Positions 13,530 to 27,133 of a stretch of DNA of 64,000 bases are shown in pieces. Under the pieces are notes generated by a model. It was not told the origin of the DNA, ran no database searches, and saw nothing but the letters and a program-made list of their open reading frames with translations. The translations under genes and the position numbers were made by a program. This DNA comes from Octopus sinensis (lineage: Eukaryota), in the NCBI RefSeq assembly GCF_006345805.1, contig NC_043018.1, positions 15,066,001 to 15,130,000 on the forward strand, given 5' to 3'. The first letter of the stretch is position 1, and each line of letters starts with the position of its first letter.

Positions 13530-13705
13530 CCATTGGCAACTGGTGTTTATTTGCTTACGTCCCCGTAACCTAGTAGTTCGGCAAAAGGTTCCGATAGAAA
13601 AAATACCAAACTTTAAAAAAAAAAACTGCTGGGATCGATTTGCTCGACCAAACTCTTTAAGTTAGTACCCCAGCATGGCCGCAGTCCAATGAGTGAAACA
13701 AGTGA
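13215..13705 (+). mobile_element. SINE family B, diverged copy
   Basis: Contains ggcaagtgtcttcta...ggatttggttggcggaaacc...gttcggcaaaa...cagcatggccgcagtc, shared with younger copies. Confidence 0.7.
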
Positions 13706-14069
13706 AATGGGAAAGATAATTGTGGGGTGGTCGTGGGTTTAAGTGTTGGCTTATTTCCGGTCAGCCCTCATTAGACTGACCAATTAAGACATCGATGAGG
13801 TCACACTGACTGTGTAGTGGCTGTGGTGGTGGAGATGGTGTACGGGCTGCAGTTGTTATAGTTGCTCAACTCCAGGTCAGGCCTGATCGAACTGACACAA
13901 GATCAAATGCATACTAGCCGTCCGTGGCTATCCCGTCTTTTTATTCAGATAGTTTGACAGGGAATAGATAGACTGTGTACTGACTTTTTCCCCAGATGGT
14001 TAGGTGCTATTTGGCTGTTATTTCTAGCAGACTAAATAAGGGTTCCTTCTTGACACGAGATGACGGACA

Positions 14070-14220
14070 CGATAGTGGTGTTGGTGGTGGTGTCGGTGGT
14101 GGTTGTGGTGGTGGTGGTTGTAGTCTATGTATGAGTGTTGATATAAGTTTAATAATGGTGAATATAGTATTGATTATTGATAATTTTGTAGCCGAGTTGT
14201 TGGCGTGGTTGTAATAGTTT

Positions 14221-14294
<74 letters not shown>

Positions 14295-14700
14295 TGTTGT
14301 TGTTGTTGTTGTTGATGCTGTTGATGCTGTTGATGCTGTTGATACTGATGGCTGCAGTACTGGTGGTGGTGGTGGTTGTGGTGGTGGTTGTGGTGTTGGT
14401 GGTGGTGGTGGTGGTTTTGGTGGTGGTGGTTGTGTGGTGGTGGGTGGTGGTGGTGGTGGTGGTTGTGGTGGTGGTTGTGGCGGTGGTTGTGGTTGTGGTG
14501 GTGGGGTGGTGTGGGGTTGTGGTGGTGGTGGTGGTGGTGGTGGTTGTGGTGGTGGTTGTGGTGGTGGTGGTGGTTGGTGTGGGTGTGGTGGTGGTTGTGG
14601 TTGTGGGGGTGTGGTGGTGGTGGTGGTGGTTGTGGTAGTGGTGGTGGTGGTGGTGGTTGTGGTGGTGGTGGTGGTGGTGGTGGTGGTGCCGCTGCCCCTA
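14070..14700. repeat. Compound trinucleotide microsatellite (GGT)n/(TAG)n/(GTT)n/(GAT-GCT)n
   Basis: Seen directly. It explains the poly-P/T/H/G/V/W ORFs in the track. Confidence 0.95.
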
Positions 14701-15239
14701 CTGTGGCCCTTACTGCAGATCTTGATATTTCGCCCAGGGTCAACCTTGATCAAGAAAACCTTTGGTCAAATAAATTCCAGCAGTGACCATCAATGGTTTT
14801 CTCCTTCCATCAGGAAACATAGCGCCGCATAAGGCCAAAGTGTCCTTCGGCTGTATTAGCCAGTAAGACATAATTTGAGTTAGATTTCATTGCTATTTCG
14901 AGCAGGTGGTGCGACCACGTAGAGGCTCCTCGTTAGGTGATGGTCCTCCTTGGTGGGATGCGGTGAGTGCAGACGAAGCAATTTCGTAGTGGTGATAGGG
15001 GGGAGGGGGGTGTCGTGACTTCCGGCCACTCTCGCATCCAACCCACCCCCTTTCACTCCCCTCCCTTCTCACATCTTCAGCTGCGTCAATGTTTCGGATC
15101 ATAAAGCCCAAAGAATTCTACTCTATACCAAACAACAACCAACACATTATAAGGAATAGGCATGTCGTAGTCGTCGTCGTCGTCGTCATCGTAATCATCA
15201 TCATCGACAACAGCAGCAGCAATAACAGAGACCAAAGTT

Positions 15240-15566
15240 ACACACACACACACACATATATGGTGTGGTGTGCGTGCATATATAATATATATATATATAT
15301 ATATTATATTAATATATATATATAGTCACACACACACGCATACATATGTGTATATATACACACATGTATGTATACAGTATATATATGTATATATGGTATG
15401 TATATATATGTATGCATTTATGTATACTTATATGTATGCGTGTGTATGTGTGTGTGTATATATATATATATATGTATATATATATGTATATATATTTTAT
15501 ATGTATGTATATGTATATATATATGGATATGTATATATGTATATGTATATATGTATATGTATATAT

Positions 15567-15597
<31 letters not shown>

Positions 15598-15696
15598 ACA
15601 CATATTATATATGTACACATTTATATATATATGTACACCACACACATATATAATATTATAATATAATATATATAATATATATATATATAGATATAT

Positions 15697-15728
<32 letters not shown>

Positions 15729-15750
15729 CATATATATATGTATGTATATA
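15240..15750. repeat. (AT)/(AC)/(GT) compound microsatellite
   Basis: Seen directly. Confidence 0.95.
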
Positions 15751-15919
15751 TTCTCGTCCTCCTGCCTAAATTTATTTAGACATTCTGTCATCGAGAGTAA
15801 AGATCAGTGATAAGACATTTCTCTGTATGTTGTTGTTGTTGTTGCTGCTGCTGCTGCTGTGTGTGTGTGTATTAGCGTATATGTGTGTTTTTTACATTTG
15901 CATATACTTACATAGATGC

Positions 15920-16445
15920 AAGCGTGGCAATGTGGTAGAAGTTTGCTTCTCAGCCACATGCTTCTGGGTTCAATCCCACTGTGGGGCACCTGGGCACCTT
16001 GGGCACTTTGGCGCAAATGTCTTCTGCTATAGCCTCGGCTGACCATAGTCTTCTGAGTGCAGCTTTAGACTGAAATTGAATGAAGCCCGTCGTATATATA
16101 TAATATATATATATAATAATATATATATATATAATATATATACACACACAGTGTGTATGTGTGTAGTGTGTATGTGTGTGTATGTGTGTGTGTGTATGTG
16201 TGTGTGTGTGTGTGTTGTGTTGTGTGTGTGGTGTGTGTGTGTGTATGTGTGTGTTTGCTTGCCCCCGCTCCTGCTTGACAACTGGTGTTGAGGTGTTTAG
16301 GTCCACATAACCAAGCGGTTCGGCAAAGAACCCGACAGAATAAGTACTAAGCTTATATATAAAAAAAGGACTGGGGTGGATGCATTCGACTAAAAATTCT
16401 CGAAGGCGTTGCCCCAGCATGGCCACAGTCTAATGACTGAAACAA
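15920..16445 (+). mobile_element. SINE family B with an expanded internal (AT/GT)n tract
   Basis: tRNA-like head, ggcaaatgtcttctgctatagcctcgg, and tail cagcatggccacagtctaatgactgaaacaa. Confidence 0.75.
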
Positions 16446-16744
16446 ATAAAAGGCAAAAGGTAATACGTAGACACATAAAGACATATAAAAGTATATTGAA
16501 TACGAATTTTTTTGATTTACTGAAATTTTCTCCTGCTTCCAAAGAAGGTCAAACAATCGCCTGGTGGCAGCTGGGATGAACTACAAATAGGAACGGGAGA
16601 TAATATCAAGTATTAGGAAATAACGGACATACCATTAAAGGAAAAAAAATTCTCGTGTCTTGAGACAAGAGGACAACTAAGGTCTGCATCAGAAGGCGTC
16701 ATCAGCTGCCTTTACTTTGACTTCAACAGACCAAGAACGGGCGC

Positions 16745-18065
16745 TTGGAACCTGAAGGGTCAGCAAGTGAAGTGAAGGTGGTCCCTTAGACTAGTCGCTG
16801 TTTACGCCTTCACGAGAGAGGGGCAGCCAGATTTCTTCAGAGGTTTGGAGGTTTTCCTTGGGACGTTATGCTCTTTAATGTTAGTTGATGACTGGAACGC
16901 CATCTTGGACGCACACCTGGATAGGGTGGGACTAGCTAATAGGAGTGGGGAATAAGAGCCCCACAAACCTGCTCAGCCACTTCCAGTTGGCTGACAGGTA
17001 CCGACTAAATTTCCCGAATGCGCCAATGTGGACATGGGCGAACTGCATCGGGTGTTCCAGTTTGTATCTAGATACAGTAGTTTGTAGGCCTGTAAATAGA
17101 AGTAGTATGCATTGCCCACGTTTTAAATTGTCGGCTACACGGACCATAAATTTGTGATCTGTACGGTCGACATAGATAAGATTCATATACAGGGCCCCGG
17201 ATATTAGAAGCTGAACGCGTCGTTCCAGGCGCGCCAAGCTTTCAGAGTCCGGGTTAGCAAGTTAGTCCATTGAGAGTTGGCGGGCGCAATGGTCGACAAC
17301 CGTTTGTGGATCGTCCTGAAAATGGCTATTAGAGTAGAAGCGGTAAGTTTTAGTAAGGAAATAGCGTTAGAGGAATCTAGGGTAGAGGGAGACCTAGTTA
17401 GGAAGTTAGAAGAGGCGCTTAGGAAAGGCATAGCGACCGACGTGCTAGCAGCAAGATTGGCTCTTGATCAATTCTTCAATGCCAAGCACGAAGGTTGCGT
17501 TGTCAGAGTTAGGGCGCGTGCACTGAGACAGGAGGAGACAAAAGCCATTCGATGATCCGGGTGACAGAGGCGCTACGTGGAAACAAAACAACAATTCAGT
17601 TTTTGGCGAGCTGTGATGGGCGCATGATAACCGAGTCCAAGCAGACGTGTGCGGAATTTCAGCGGTACTTCGTTGAACTGTATTGAGGCACGCGGTGGTT
17701 TCTGGGACAGTGGTAGATTTCACCTCCTAGCTCAGTGGCATGCCGCGCCTCTCGCCAGCAATGCGGAGTTCCGCGAAATGTCGATAACAGCCGAGGATAT
17801 ATGGGACGCGATGAATGCCTGCGCGAGAGAGGTTTCCGGGGCGGGATGGTCTGCCCTTTGAACTTTATTTTCATATGCCAGACTTCTTTGGTGGTCTGTT
17901 GGCAGACGCCTACCACAACTGGCAGCAGAATGGGAGAATTGCCAGTGTTCTGAGCCGTGGAGTGGCGGTGCTGTTGAGGAAGGACCCGAACAAAGGGGGG
18001 CCAAATTGATAATCTTTGGATTATAACTTTCCCGAGAGGGAAAGGCAATTTTCCTCTGCCTGGTG
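16745..18065 (+). mobile_element. Decayed Tx1/L1-clade LINE ORF2 fragment (AP endonuclease to start of RT)
   Basis: RLVAVYA...DDWNAILDAHLDRVG, LADRYRLNFPNAPMWTW, YLDTVVCR, GYTDHKF, LAARLALDQFFNAKHEGCVVRVRARA, GRDGLPFELY...GVAVLLRKDPNKG. Multiple frameshifts. Confidence 0.8.
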
Positions 18066-18102
18066 GCTATAGCGAAAAAGATAGAGTGGTGGGAGGGGAT
18101 GG

Positions 18103-18255
18103 GACGAGTTCACCGACCCTGTCCTTCAACTGGTACTCGTTTTATCGAGCCCCAAAAGAATAAAAAGTAAAGTCGACCTCGGCGGAATTTGAACTCAGAA
18201 CGTAAGGACGGACGAAATGCCGCCTTGTATTTTCCCCGACGTGCCAACGATTCTC
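18103..18255 (-). mobile_element. SINE family A, partial
   Basis: Reverse complement of the head and core. Confidence 0.75.
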
Positions 18256-20059
18256 TGCGTGTGTGTGTTTGTGTGTGTGTGTAGTGTTGTGTGTGTGTAT
18301 GTGTGTGTAGTGTGTGTGTGTATGTGTGTGTAGTGTGTGTGTGTATGTGTGTGTGTATGTGTATGTGTGTGTGTGTATATGTCCATCTGTGTGTGCGCGT
18401 GCACTCGTGACGGAAGTGGATGATGAACGCTAAAGATGTGTTAGTCATATTGACGATTCATTGAGGACTGTCAGCTGTTGCTGCTGTTGCTCATGATGAT
18501 GATGATGATGATGAGGATGATGAGGATGAGGATGATGATGATGAGGATGATGATGATGATGAAGGGGGAGAAGAAAGATGATAAACATTTGATGCAGTGT
18601 CTTTCGTCACCTGTCCGTCACTTGAGCCGGAAAATAGTAGAGCGTGGCTAAGTAAACAGATTAGGTGTGTGTGGAGGGGCGAGTTGGAAGGTGGTAGTAG
18701 TAGTAGTAGGAGGAGGAGGAGGAGGAGTGGTGGTGGTGGTAGTGGTAGACAGCAGCAGCAGCAATAGTTGTTCTTGTTGAGTTGATGATCTCTAATTAAG
18801 CAGGCGTATAATCACAAGCGTTCCGGTCGTGACCATGCTGCTGATTCGTTAAGCCATCCAGTAACTCGTGCATCTTTATTTTCGATGTAGTCCGAGATAA
18901 AACCTTGTTTTTTTTAAAAAAGACATTGGGGAATGATTTGAGGAATGACTGGGTGTTGTTTCTAGCAGGCCGAGCTAAACATAGAGAAGCCCACATCAGA
19001 ATTTGACTAATAGTAGTAGTAGTAGCAGCAGCAACAATATCATCATCATCAGCAGCAGCAGCGCAGCAGCAGCAGCAGCAGCAATAAACTGTTTCTTAAT
19101 GAGCCACAAGAACTCAAAGACAATGGAGGTGGATACAAAACAAGAAGGGTTTACATAAGAAATATTTTAATCAGAATGGGAGGCAGTGCCCAATAAACTT
19201 TGCCAAGGTCTCTGACACTCGTGGGAGGTAGGAAAGTATCTTGGCTCGAATGCTTGCAAGAGTAGTCTCTGTTAAAAGCACTCAAGGAGCCAGGGTGACG
19301 CATTAAGTCTACCGCCCAACTGGAAGGATTCGAACAGAAGGATTCCATGAAAGGATTCGAAATTAGAACTCGAAGAGATGAGACAAACCTGATCACCTCA
19401 ACAAAAGATCTGCTGTCTTATTTGTAATCACAAAAAAAAGATTGCGTTTGTTTGGGCCCAGAATTATGAGTTGTGCATCAGTTAGTTTTAAGAGGAGAAG
19501 AATTTGTGCAATATCATCATCTGCATTCTTTTGCGCTGATTCTTTTGGATCCAGAAGTAAGACAAGCGTGAAAACGGTTGGAGATAAAACTGGAAGTTGG
19601 TGTGGCCAGAGACTTTGCGAAAACAGTTCACGAAGATTCTCTCCGATATTTCTGTCAGAGATGATTCCCTTAGCAATCTTCTAGTTTTTACCACTTTGAC
19701 AATGAGATTATGTGGACCTTATCTGTCAACAATGAGAACAACAGAACTAACAGAAAAGTATTCCCTACACAAAAAGGATACTTTTCCCATATAGAAAGAA
19801 CACTTTGGGCAATCGCTGGCAAAAATACGATGAAAATGTCAGAGACAAGACTGATATCCTCTCCAGAAGGGAAGCTATTGAAAACTGCCTGGAGGAAGAC
19901 CACGTACAAGCAGTTTTGAATGGTGTAGACCCTAAGCCAGGGCAGACGGAGGAGTTCTTTAAAGACATATGAGACATCGCGTAGTATGTTGAGACGGGCA
20001 AACAGCACGGCACAGTGGGGCTTAAGTGTCACATCAAAGGGAAGGAGAGGAAAACTACC

Positions 20060-20790
20060 ACTTTCACGAGCTGTCAGAGGACTTCACCTTTTTACCAACT
20101 TGAATCGAACACCGAATGACTGGAATGCCACAATGGGTGCCATCAAGTGGTGATGGCAGCGGAGAAATATTGAGAAGTGTCCAGAACCAAAACCCCCTTT
20201 AATTGCGAACTGAGCCGGGATAACCCTCGAGATCCAACTGTCGACATCTATGACCCTACTACGTCGCCCTTTTGCTTTGAGGGTGGGATGTCGATTTGTG
20301 TGACGGTGCCAACAGAGACTCGAATATACTGATCCAGAAGTGTCTCGATAGAGTATTTGTTTGCACAACAGGAAGGAATGGTGTGGAGCATCCACAGTTT
20401 CGGTTGTTGTTCTTCACAGCCAATTTAAGAAAAAATCACAGAGAGAAACCTCGCTATTAGAAACTAAATACATCATTCATCGATGAGGAAAGCCGAATTC
20501 AGGAACTGCTGAAGAAAGAATTGATGGGGAAGATCGTCCAAAGCTAGTGGTGACACTGTCTGAAGAGAGTGGAGTTGATAAAGCTTAGTTGAACAAAAGA
20601 AGTGATTAGAAAAGGAACCGTCGCAGACGGCCTTGCAGCGAAAATAGCATTTGGACGTTTCTTCGGCGTGAAATACGAAGGTTGCGTTGTCGTAATAAAC
20701 CTGTGCAGTCTTCCAAGTGGGGAAGCGAAAGTTAATTGATGCGTCCTGGCGGAAGAGATGCGATGTGGCAACTAAAACTTCGGTGTTTTA
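20060..20790 (+). mobile_element. Second, more degenerate Tx1/L1-like ORF2 fragment
   Basis: NDWNA, KCLDRVFVC...HPQFR and GLAAKIAFGRFFGVKYEGCVV are collinear with the 16745-18065 element. Confidence 0.6.
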
Positions 20791-20799
20791 CGACCGACG

Positions 20800-21345
20800 C
20801 GTATCATTCAACTGCAGACAGAAGTTTCCCAGTTGTGGGGAGGCTCTGGAAGCGGATCTATAATGGTCTTCCAAGAGCTTCTTTTGCATTTCTTTAGGAG
20901 GATTGCCGAGAATTCTTCAGGGCCTGTGGCTGAGTTCAAGCTCATTTCATTAATGGCTGATACTACATCAGTTTCCACTGTTTTAAAGTAATCAATAATT
21001 ACCATTTCTTTGTGTAGAGCTGTGGTAGCGAAGACCGTATCAGGCACAGCTAGCGTCCCAACGGGGATGTAAAAACCATATTTGTTTTGTACATTCAGTA
21101 TTTCACTGAACCTCTGGGAGTTTAAAGTCGGTGAACCATCTTCCTCGAACAGTGGCCATGTATTAAAGCAGACTCTATATACGGCTTTAAGGTTTGTCTT
21201 TACATTTTTGACAGCCCTGGCTTCTTTCTCCGTTTTGTCCTTTTCATGGAAGTGTTTGAGTTCATTTTTGACCTCAAGCAATGTTTGTTTGGGTTAGGAT
21301 CCTTTGCTATTCTTTAGAGACCCATTTAGACGGTTTAAGATTTTG
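20800..21345 (-). mobile_element. CR1/L2-group LINE ORF2 fragment (pre-RT region)
   Basis: KEARAVKNVKTNLKAVYR...DGSPTLNSQRFSEILN...ETDVVSAINEMSLNSATGPEEFSAILLKKCK resembles the S(A/P)GPD segment preceding RT. Confidence 0.75.
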
Positions 21346-22011
21346 ATCATCGTCTCATGGGAATTACATCGTCCCATGGGAATTACATTTTTCTATTGGT
21401 ACGACGTTCACTCTGGATCCAACACCTGAAAGACTTATTGACATATAATTAAGTAATATGCATAATACGAACAGAAACACATCAGATTCTGTGTGTGTGT
21501 GTGTGTCTGTGTGCGTGTATCAGAGTTAATGGAAATGGCTAAGTGTAACCATCCAACTACAAACGGGAATACTTCGGATAACGGCGGCGGGTTAACTAAC
21601 CCGGTGATATATATGTAAAAAATAGGAATTTTTATTTTTAGCGATTTCTGCAAATTTTTAAAATTTCCATCCGGTTACATTATATTTGTCGTTTTCATTG
21701 TAATCACACTATGTGTTCGCTTGTCTGTCCTTGTAATGTCCCCTCTGTGTTAGGCCCTGTGTGGCCAATAAAAGAAATCGTGACAACAAGGTCAAGGTGA
21801 GCTCTGATTGGTTGTATGCAAATGAGTTCATTACTGGGGTCCGGAACTCTCGTGGGAAAAAATTTCGTGTCCCTGCATGACTACAGTCTAATGAATGAAT
21901 GAAACAAATAAAGTAAAAAAAAAAAAAAACTAAAACAATAATATGAATATGTATTCATGGTGAATACTACCTGCATCTGTTCGTGGTGGAGCACGTCCTT
22001 TAAAATACCTT

Positions 22012-22240
22012 TTTCTTTACTGCCCACAAGGGGCTATACACAGAGAGGACAAACAAGGACAGACAAACGGATTAAGTCGATTGAATCGACCCCAGTGCGT
22101 AACTGGTACTGATTTAATCGATCCCGAAAGGATGAAAGGCAAAGTCGACCTCGGCAGAATTTGAACTCAGAACGTAGCCGCAGACGAAATACCGCTAAGC
22201 ATTTCGGCCGGCGTGCTAACGATTCTGCCAGCTCACCGCC
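22012..22240 (-). mobile_element. SINE family A, full copy
   Basis: Reverse complement of the family consensus, with an imperfect TSD containing ctttaaaata. Confidence 0.85.
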
Positions 22241-22728
22241 TTTCTTTAAAATATCGAAGTGGAATGTAGCCGTAAAAAGGCTGAAAAAGATTGTCTCGGG
22301 ACGATTGTGTGGTGCACCTGAGCACTGTATACAATAATTTCATTATTATCAAATGGCGAAAAGAAATGCTTACTTTAATGCAGAAAGCCCACTTAACTTC
22401 AAGACAAGTTCCATTAAAGTAAATGGGAGTAAACTTTAACTCTTTCACTCAAGGACCCGACCCATTATTACTGACAATAAATGCCAGGTTGAGAAGAAAT
22501 AACTTCATTTTTATCTGTTGTCAACACTTTTGATTCATAAAACAAAACGCAGAGGTAGGCAGTTACTTCCCTTTAATTTAAGGACTTATTGAGTTTTCTC
22601 CCTTACAACAGTCCCCATTTAATAATTTTCATTTCCTACGTCATGTCAGGATATGTTGAAATATTCTTCTTGCTGTCATACAGACGTGCATTCAGTCATT
22701 CATTTATACATACATACAAGTAAATATA

Positions 22729-23120
22729 CGTGTGGCTGAGTGGTAAGTAGCTTGCTTACCAACCTCATGGATCTGGGTTCAGTCCCACTGTGTGGCACCT
22801 TGGGCAAGTGTCTTCTATTATAGCCTCGGGTCAACCAAAACCTTGTGAGTGGATTTGGTAGATGGAAACTGAAAGAAGCCCGTCGTATATATGTGTATAT
22901 ATATATGCGTGTCTGTGTTTTTCCCCCACAACATCGCTTAACAACCGATGGTGGTATGTTTACGTCCCCGTAACTTAGCAGTTCGGCAAAAGAGACCGAT
23001 AGAATAAGTACTAGGCTTACAAAGAATAAGTCCTGGGGTCGATTTGCTCGACTAAAGGCGGTGATCCAGCATGGCCGCAGTCAAATGACTGAAACAAGTA
23101 AAAGAGTAAAGAGCAAAGAG
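22729..23120 (+). mobile_element. SINE family B (~400 bp, tRNA head, internal AT/GT tract, (GTAAAAGA) tail)
   Basis: Collinear with the copy at 59873-60284. Confidence 0.85.
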
Positions 23121-23524
23121 AGTATCTTTTATACTCATTTTGAATGTGAAATGATAGAGTTACAAAAAGACTCACCAACACTTTACAACCTTTGACCTTC
23201 AAATGATGCTGTCTCCTTTCTCTACCTTTCTAGCACTATTTCTATGGCTTGAACTTGCTAGATACAATACAGTGCTCACCCACAGCAACCTTCAAACACA
23301 TACCTATTCTATTCTTATTACTTCTACAGGGTCTCACCTGACGAATTTAACTACCAGGTGCAATCTTTTCTTCTCAGCACATTAACCCTTCTCATCAACA
23401 TTTTTTCCTGTCAGGTGTTGGCTTATGATATTTAAACTGAACAGTCATATCAACCTCAAAGGGTCTGCATAGCTTGTAACCCGTTGGACGCTTCCTCCTC
23501 AATATCCTCATCACTGAAAAGAAT

Positions 23525-23670
23525 TCATCATCATCATCATTGTTTAACGTCAGCTTTCCATGCTAGCATGGGTTGGACGATTTGACTGAGGTCTGGCAAA
23601 CCAGATGGCTGCACCAGGCTCCAATCTGATCTGGCAGAGTTTCTAACTTCTGGATGCCCTTCCTAATACC
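23525..23670 (-). mobile_element. Family C: RTE-type 3' end / short element with (GAT)n tail
   Basis: catcatcatc-gtttaacgtc-gctttccatgctagcatggg motif, also at 24622-24745 (-), 57868-58063 (+), 60885-61345 (+) and 62690-62950 (+). Confidence 0.7.
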
Positions 23671-25148
23671 AAATTAAAGAACATGTTGCAGCAAACCAAT
23701 AGTTATTTACCTAGTTTTAAGAACAATAACCCAAATTTCATGGTTTTGAAGCCATGGAAACAGCATAAGAAAATAACCGCATTGCCTTAATATCTCAACA
23801 CACACATACAAACACATATTGAATAAAAACAATAAAACAAAACAAAAGAATATTCAAATTTTTAATAAAATACATTTCATTCATGCAGAAGAAATATTTC
23901 AGGACTTGGAATGAAGCCATTTTAATAAGGGCCCAGATACTGGACAGACAGGAATTACATGATCAAGTCAAACACCTTTACTCAGATTTTGGATGTTCTT
24001 GGGGGCTGATTTTTTTTTACCTCATTACTTTACAGAAAAATCTCTTTCACAACAGAATTTCTGACATCCTTGTCATGTATAATTTGGGGAGTAGGTTATT
24101 TTATATTTTAATGGTGCAGTCAGAAGAAATAGGGTAGCACAATGATTTTTACCACAGACCAGTGACTGGAGAAGAGAGGAGGAGGAAAGAAATGTGAATG
24201 AAGCTTGCTGCTGAAGGAACAAGTTTGACAAAGATATTGAATTTTCTATTGTCAGACTGAAGAATTCATCTGAATAAGTTGCAATAGACTGGATTCTACT
24301 AAAAGTATCCAATGGGTTTCCGGCAGAATTAACCTGGGTGGCACATTGGGTATACTACCCAAGAGCAGATACAAATCACCTAATGGGATTCTGCACAGTT
24401 TTTGTCTGCCGAGTTTCACTTCTCAGGTGTTATTCGACTCAAAGCAATGAGAGAAGACATTTACTGAAAGGGCCAAGTGGTTGAAACAAACATACAACCA
24501 CATATGTATATATGTATGTAATATATGCACATATATATACACACATGTATACATATATATGTATGTGTGTGTGTATGCGCATATGTATATATGCATATAT
24601 ATACATGTATACACACACACATATCATCATCATCATCATCGTTTAACGTCCGTTTTCCATGCTAGCATGGGTCGGATGGTTCGACCGGGGTCTGGGAAGC
24701 CAGGAGGCTGCACCAGGCTCCAGTCTGATCTGGCAATGTTTCAATGTTGACTTTAAAGAGACTTGTCAAACTTAAGAATTCATCATCAAAATTATTAGGA
24801 GTAGCAATTGAACTAGTTTTCTAAATATTTCTGCTCTGAATTCAATACTCTTACATTAAATTACCAATAACTATGTGTGCACATGTACATATTTATAAAT
24901 ATCATATACACACATATATACATAAACATGTATATACATTAATTCATATAAAATGCAGAGTTTTATTTTGAGATTACTAGTATTAACAATACTCGCCAAA
25001 AATCCAGACTGGAGTTGTAGTGCTCCAAGTGTGCATAGAGTGTGGATCCGGAGGAAGACACTAGAGTGTGTTCCTCTAGTTTCTGCTTGCATTGCCTCCG
25101 TTCAAATTAAGAAGTGAAATACATTAATACATATTCATATATATACTT

Positions 25149-25184
<36 letters not shown>

Positions 25185-26729
25185 GATGCAGCACGGATTT
25201 TTGTCAGTGAACAGGTCGCAGTGTTATAGCAACGAAAATATTTTGACAAATTAAACTTAAATGTTGAAGTGAATCGAACGGCTTTTGTGTGTTTCTTAAA
25301 TGGCTTACAAACACCTTCCACGCTGCAATTGTTTTCGTTCCAGCACACGATCTCAGATCAAATCACTTGCTATGCAAGTACATCTCCGTAATATATATAT
25401 ATATATATATATATACATACATCTACATACACATGCACATACAAATACATATATATATATATATGTTCATTTCGCTTAGATATTGCAAGACTAATGACCT
25501 GATGTAGGACTCAATACATGTATGTTTCAGAACATAGTGTTCGATAGAGTTTAAAGTATAGAATAAGAAAAAGAAACGATATAGGGAAAACAATGGCTAT
25601 CTTATGAACTTCATAGGCTTACAGCTGGGGGGGGGGGGGGGACACATACGCCACGAAACTGGGAAACCGGGCCCATGAACCTGGCTAGGCTTTAAAAAGG
25701 GGACATTTATTATATTTTTATTATAAGTTTGTAGTTGGAGGATGGGGTGGGGACAATCAATTAAATAAATACCAGCGAAGGTAAGATTCCCTTTTTATTA
25801 ACCCCAGAACAAAAACAAGCAAAGTAGGCCTCTGTGTAATTTGATCTCAGAGCGTAGGGGTTAGGAGGGAATAACGACGAATACAATAAGGCAATACTTT
25901 ACTATCTTTGACTTCTCTGCCTCTTTAACAAAATTACTAATACTACTTATAATAATAGTAATAAACTACTAATACTACTACTTTTAAAAATAATTGTACT
26001 AGATTAAATATTTTTCTAATATAGACACACAAAGCCATAAATATTGGTTGAGGGGTAGGTACAGTCGAACAAATACATAAGGTGGGCCATATGACCCAGA
26101 AATGGATGATAGCAACATTTGTATATTTTTAGGGGATTTAATTATGACACCCTGAGTGCAAGACACCAAGAACAAGAAAGCTATTGACCCAGTATACTAA
26201 TAGGCTGCTTTAGTACTTTTTTTGTATTATAGTTTGAATATCGATTTTTGATTTTCTTTTGGTGACAGACATTGGATGTGCCATGGGTGACGTAAAAAGA
26301 AAATAGTCTAGGCAAAGGCAGAAAATGTTGATTGACCCATCACTGTTTTAGATGAACCTCCAAAATGTGATTGATGCTTCTATTTTTTTGATTCCAGGAG
26401 GATGTAAAAGATAAAGTTGGCCTCAGCAGAATTTGAACTCAGATTGTAAAGTGAGCAAACTAAATGTAGCAGAGCATTTTGTCCTGTGCGTTGCTGATTT
26501 TTTCCACCTCGACTGCCTTACTACTGACAGAGGCCTTTCAAGCATTGCCACAAAACCAAATACTTGTAAAGGAGGAAGACAGTCAACTGAATGTTTTCTC
26601 CTTATATTACTGGTATTTCTTTTAATTTGTTTTATCAACCTCAGAAGGTTAAAATGAGTCAAATTTGACAGGGTTGGGGTTCAGCATTTATACAATGTAA
26701 GGTACTTTGTTTAACAATTTATAGTTTCT

Positions 26730-27133
26730 TATTTCTTTATTGCCCACAAGGGGCTAAACATAGAGGGGACAGACAAAGGGACTAAGTCGATTACATCGAC
26801 TCCAGTGCGTAACTGGTGCTTAATTTATCGACCCCGGAAGGATGAAAGGCAAAGTTGACCTTGGTGGAATTTGAACTAGTAACGTAACGGCAGATGAAAT
26901 ACCTATTTCTTTGCTACCCACAAGGGGGTAAATATATAGGGGACAAACAAGGACAGACACACGGATTAAGTCGATTACATTGACCCCAGTGCATAACTGT
27001 ACTTGATTTATCAACCCTGAAAGGATGAAAGGCAAAGTCGACCTCGGCGGAATTTGAACTCAGAACGTAACGGCAGACGAAATACCGCTATGCATTTCGC
27101 CTGACATGCTAATGCTTCAGCCAGCTCGCTGCC
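26730..27133 (-). mobile_element. SINE family A dimer (one head, two bodies)
   Basis: Same body-body junction as the trimer at 4381-4980, with an imperfect ~16-bp TSD aaca(a)tttatagt(t/c)tct. Confidence 0.85.

Noticed and set aside
14007-14832. Long poly-Pro/Thr, poly-His/Gln and poly-Gly ORFs (up to 248 aa)
   Set aside because: All six frames are open only because of (GGT)/(TAG)/(GTT) repeats. There are no splice signals or non-repetitive domain.
15270-15666. YIYI/CVCV/HTHT-type ORFs here and at 3485-3845, 8904-9292, 16027-16426, 27389-27941 and 45029-45428
   Set aside because: These are translations of dinucleotide microsatellites.
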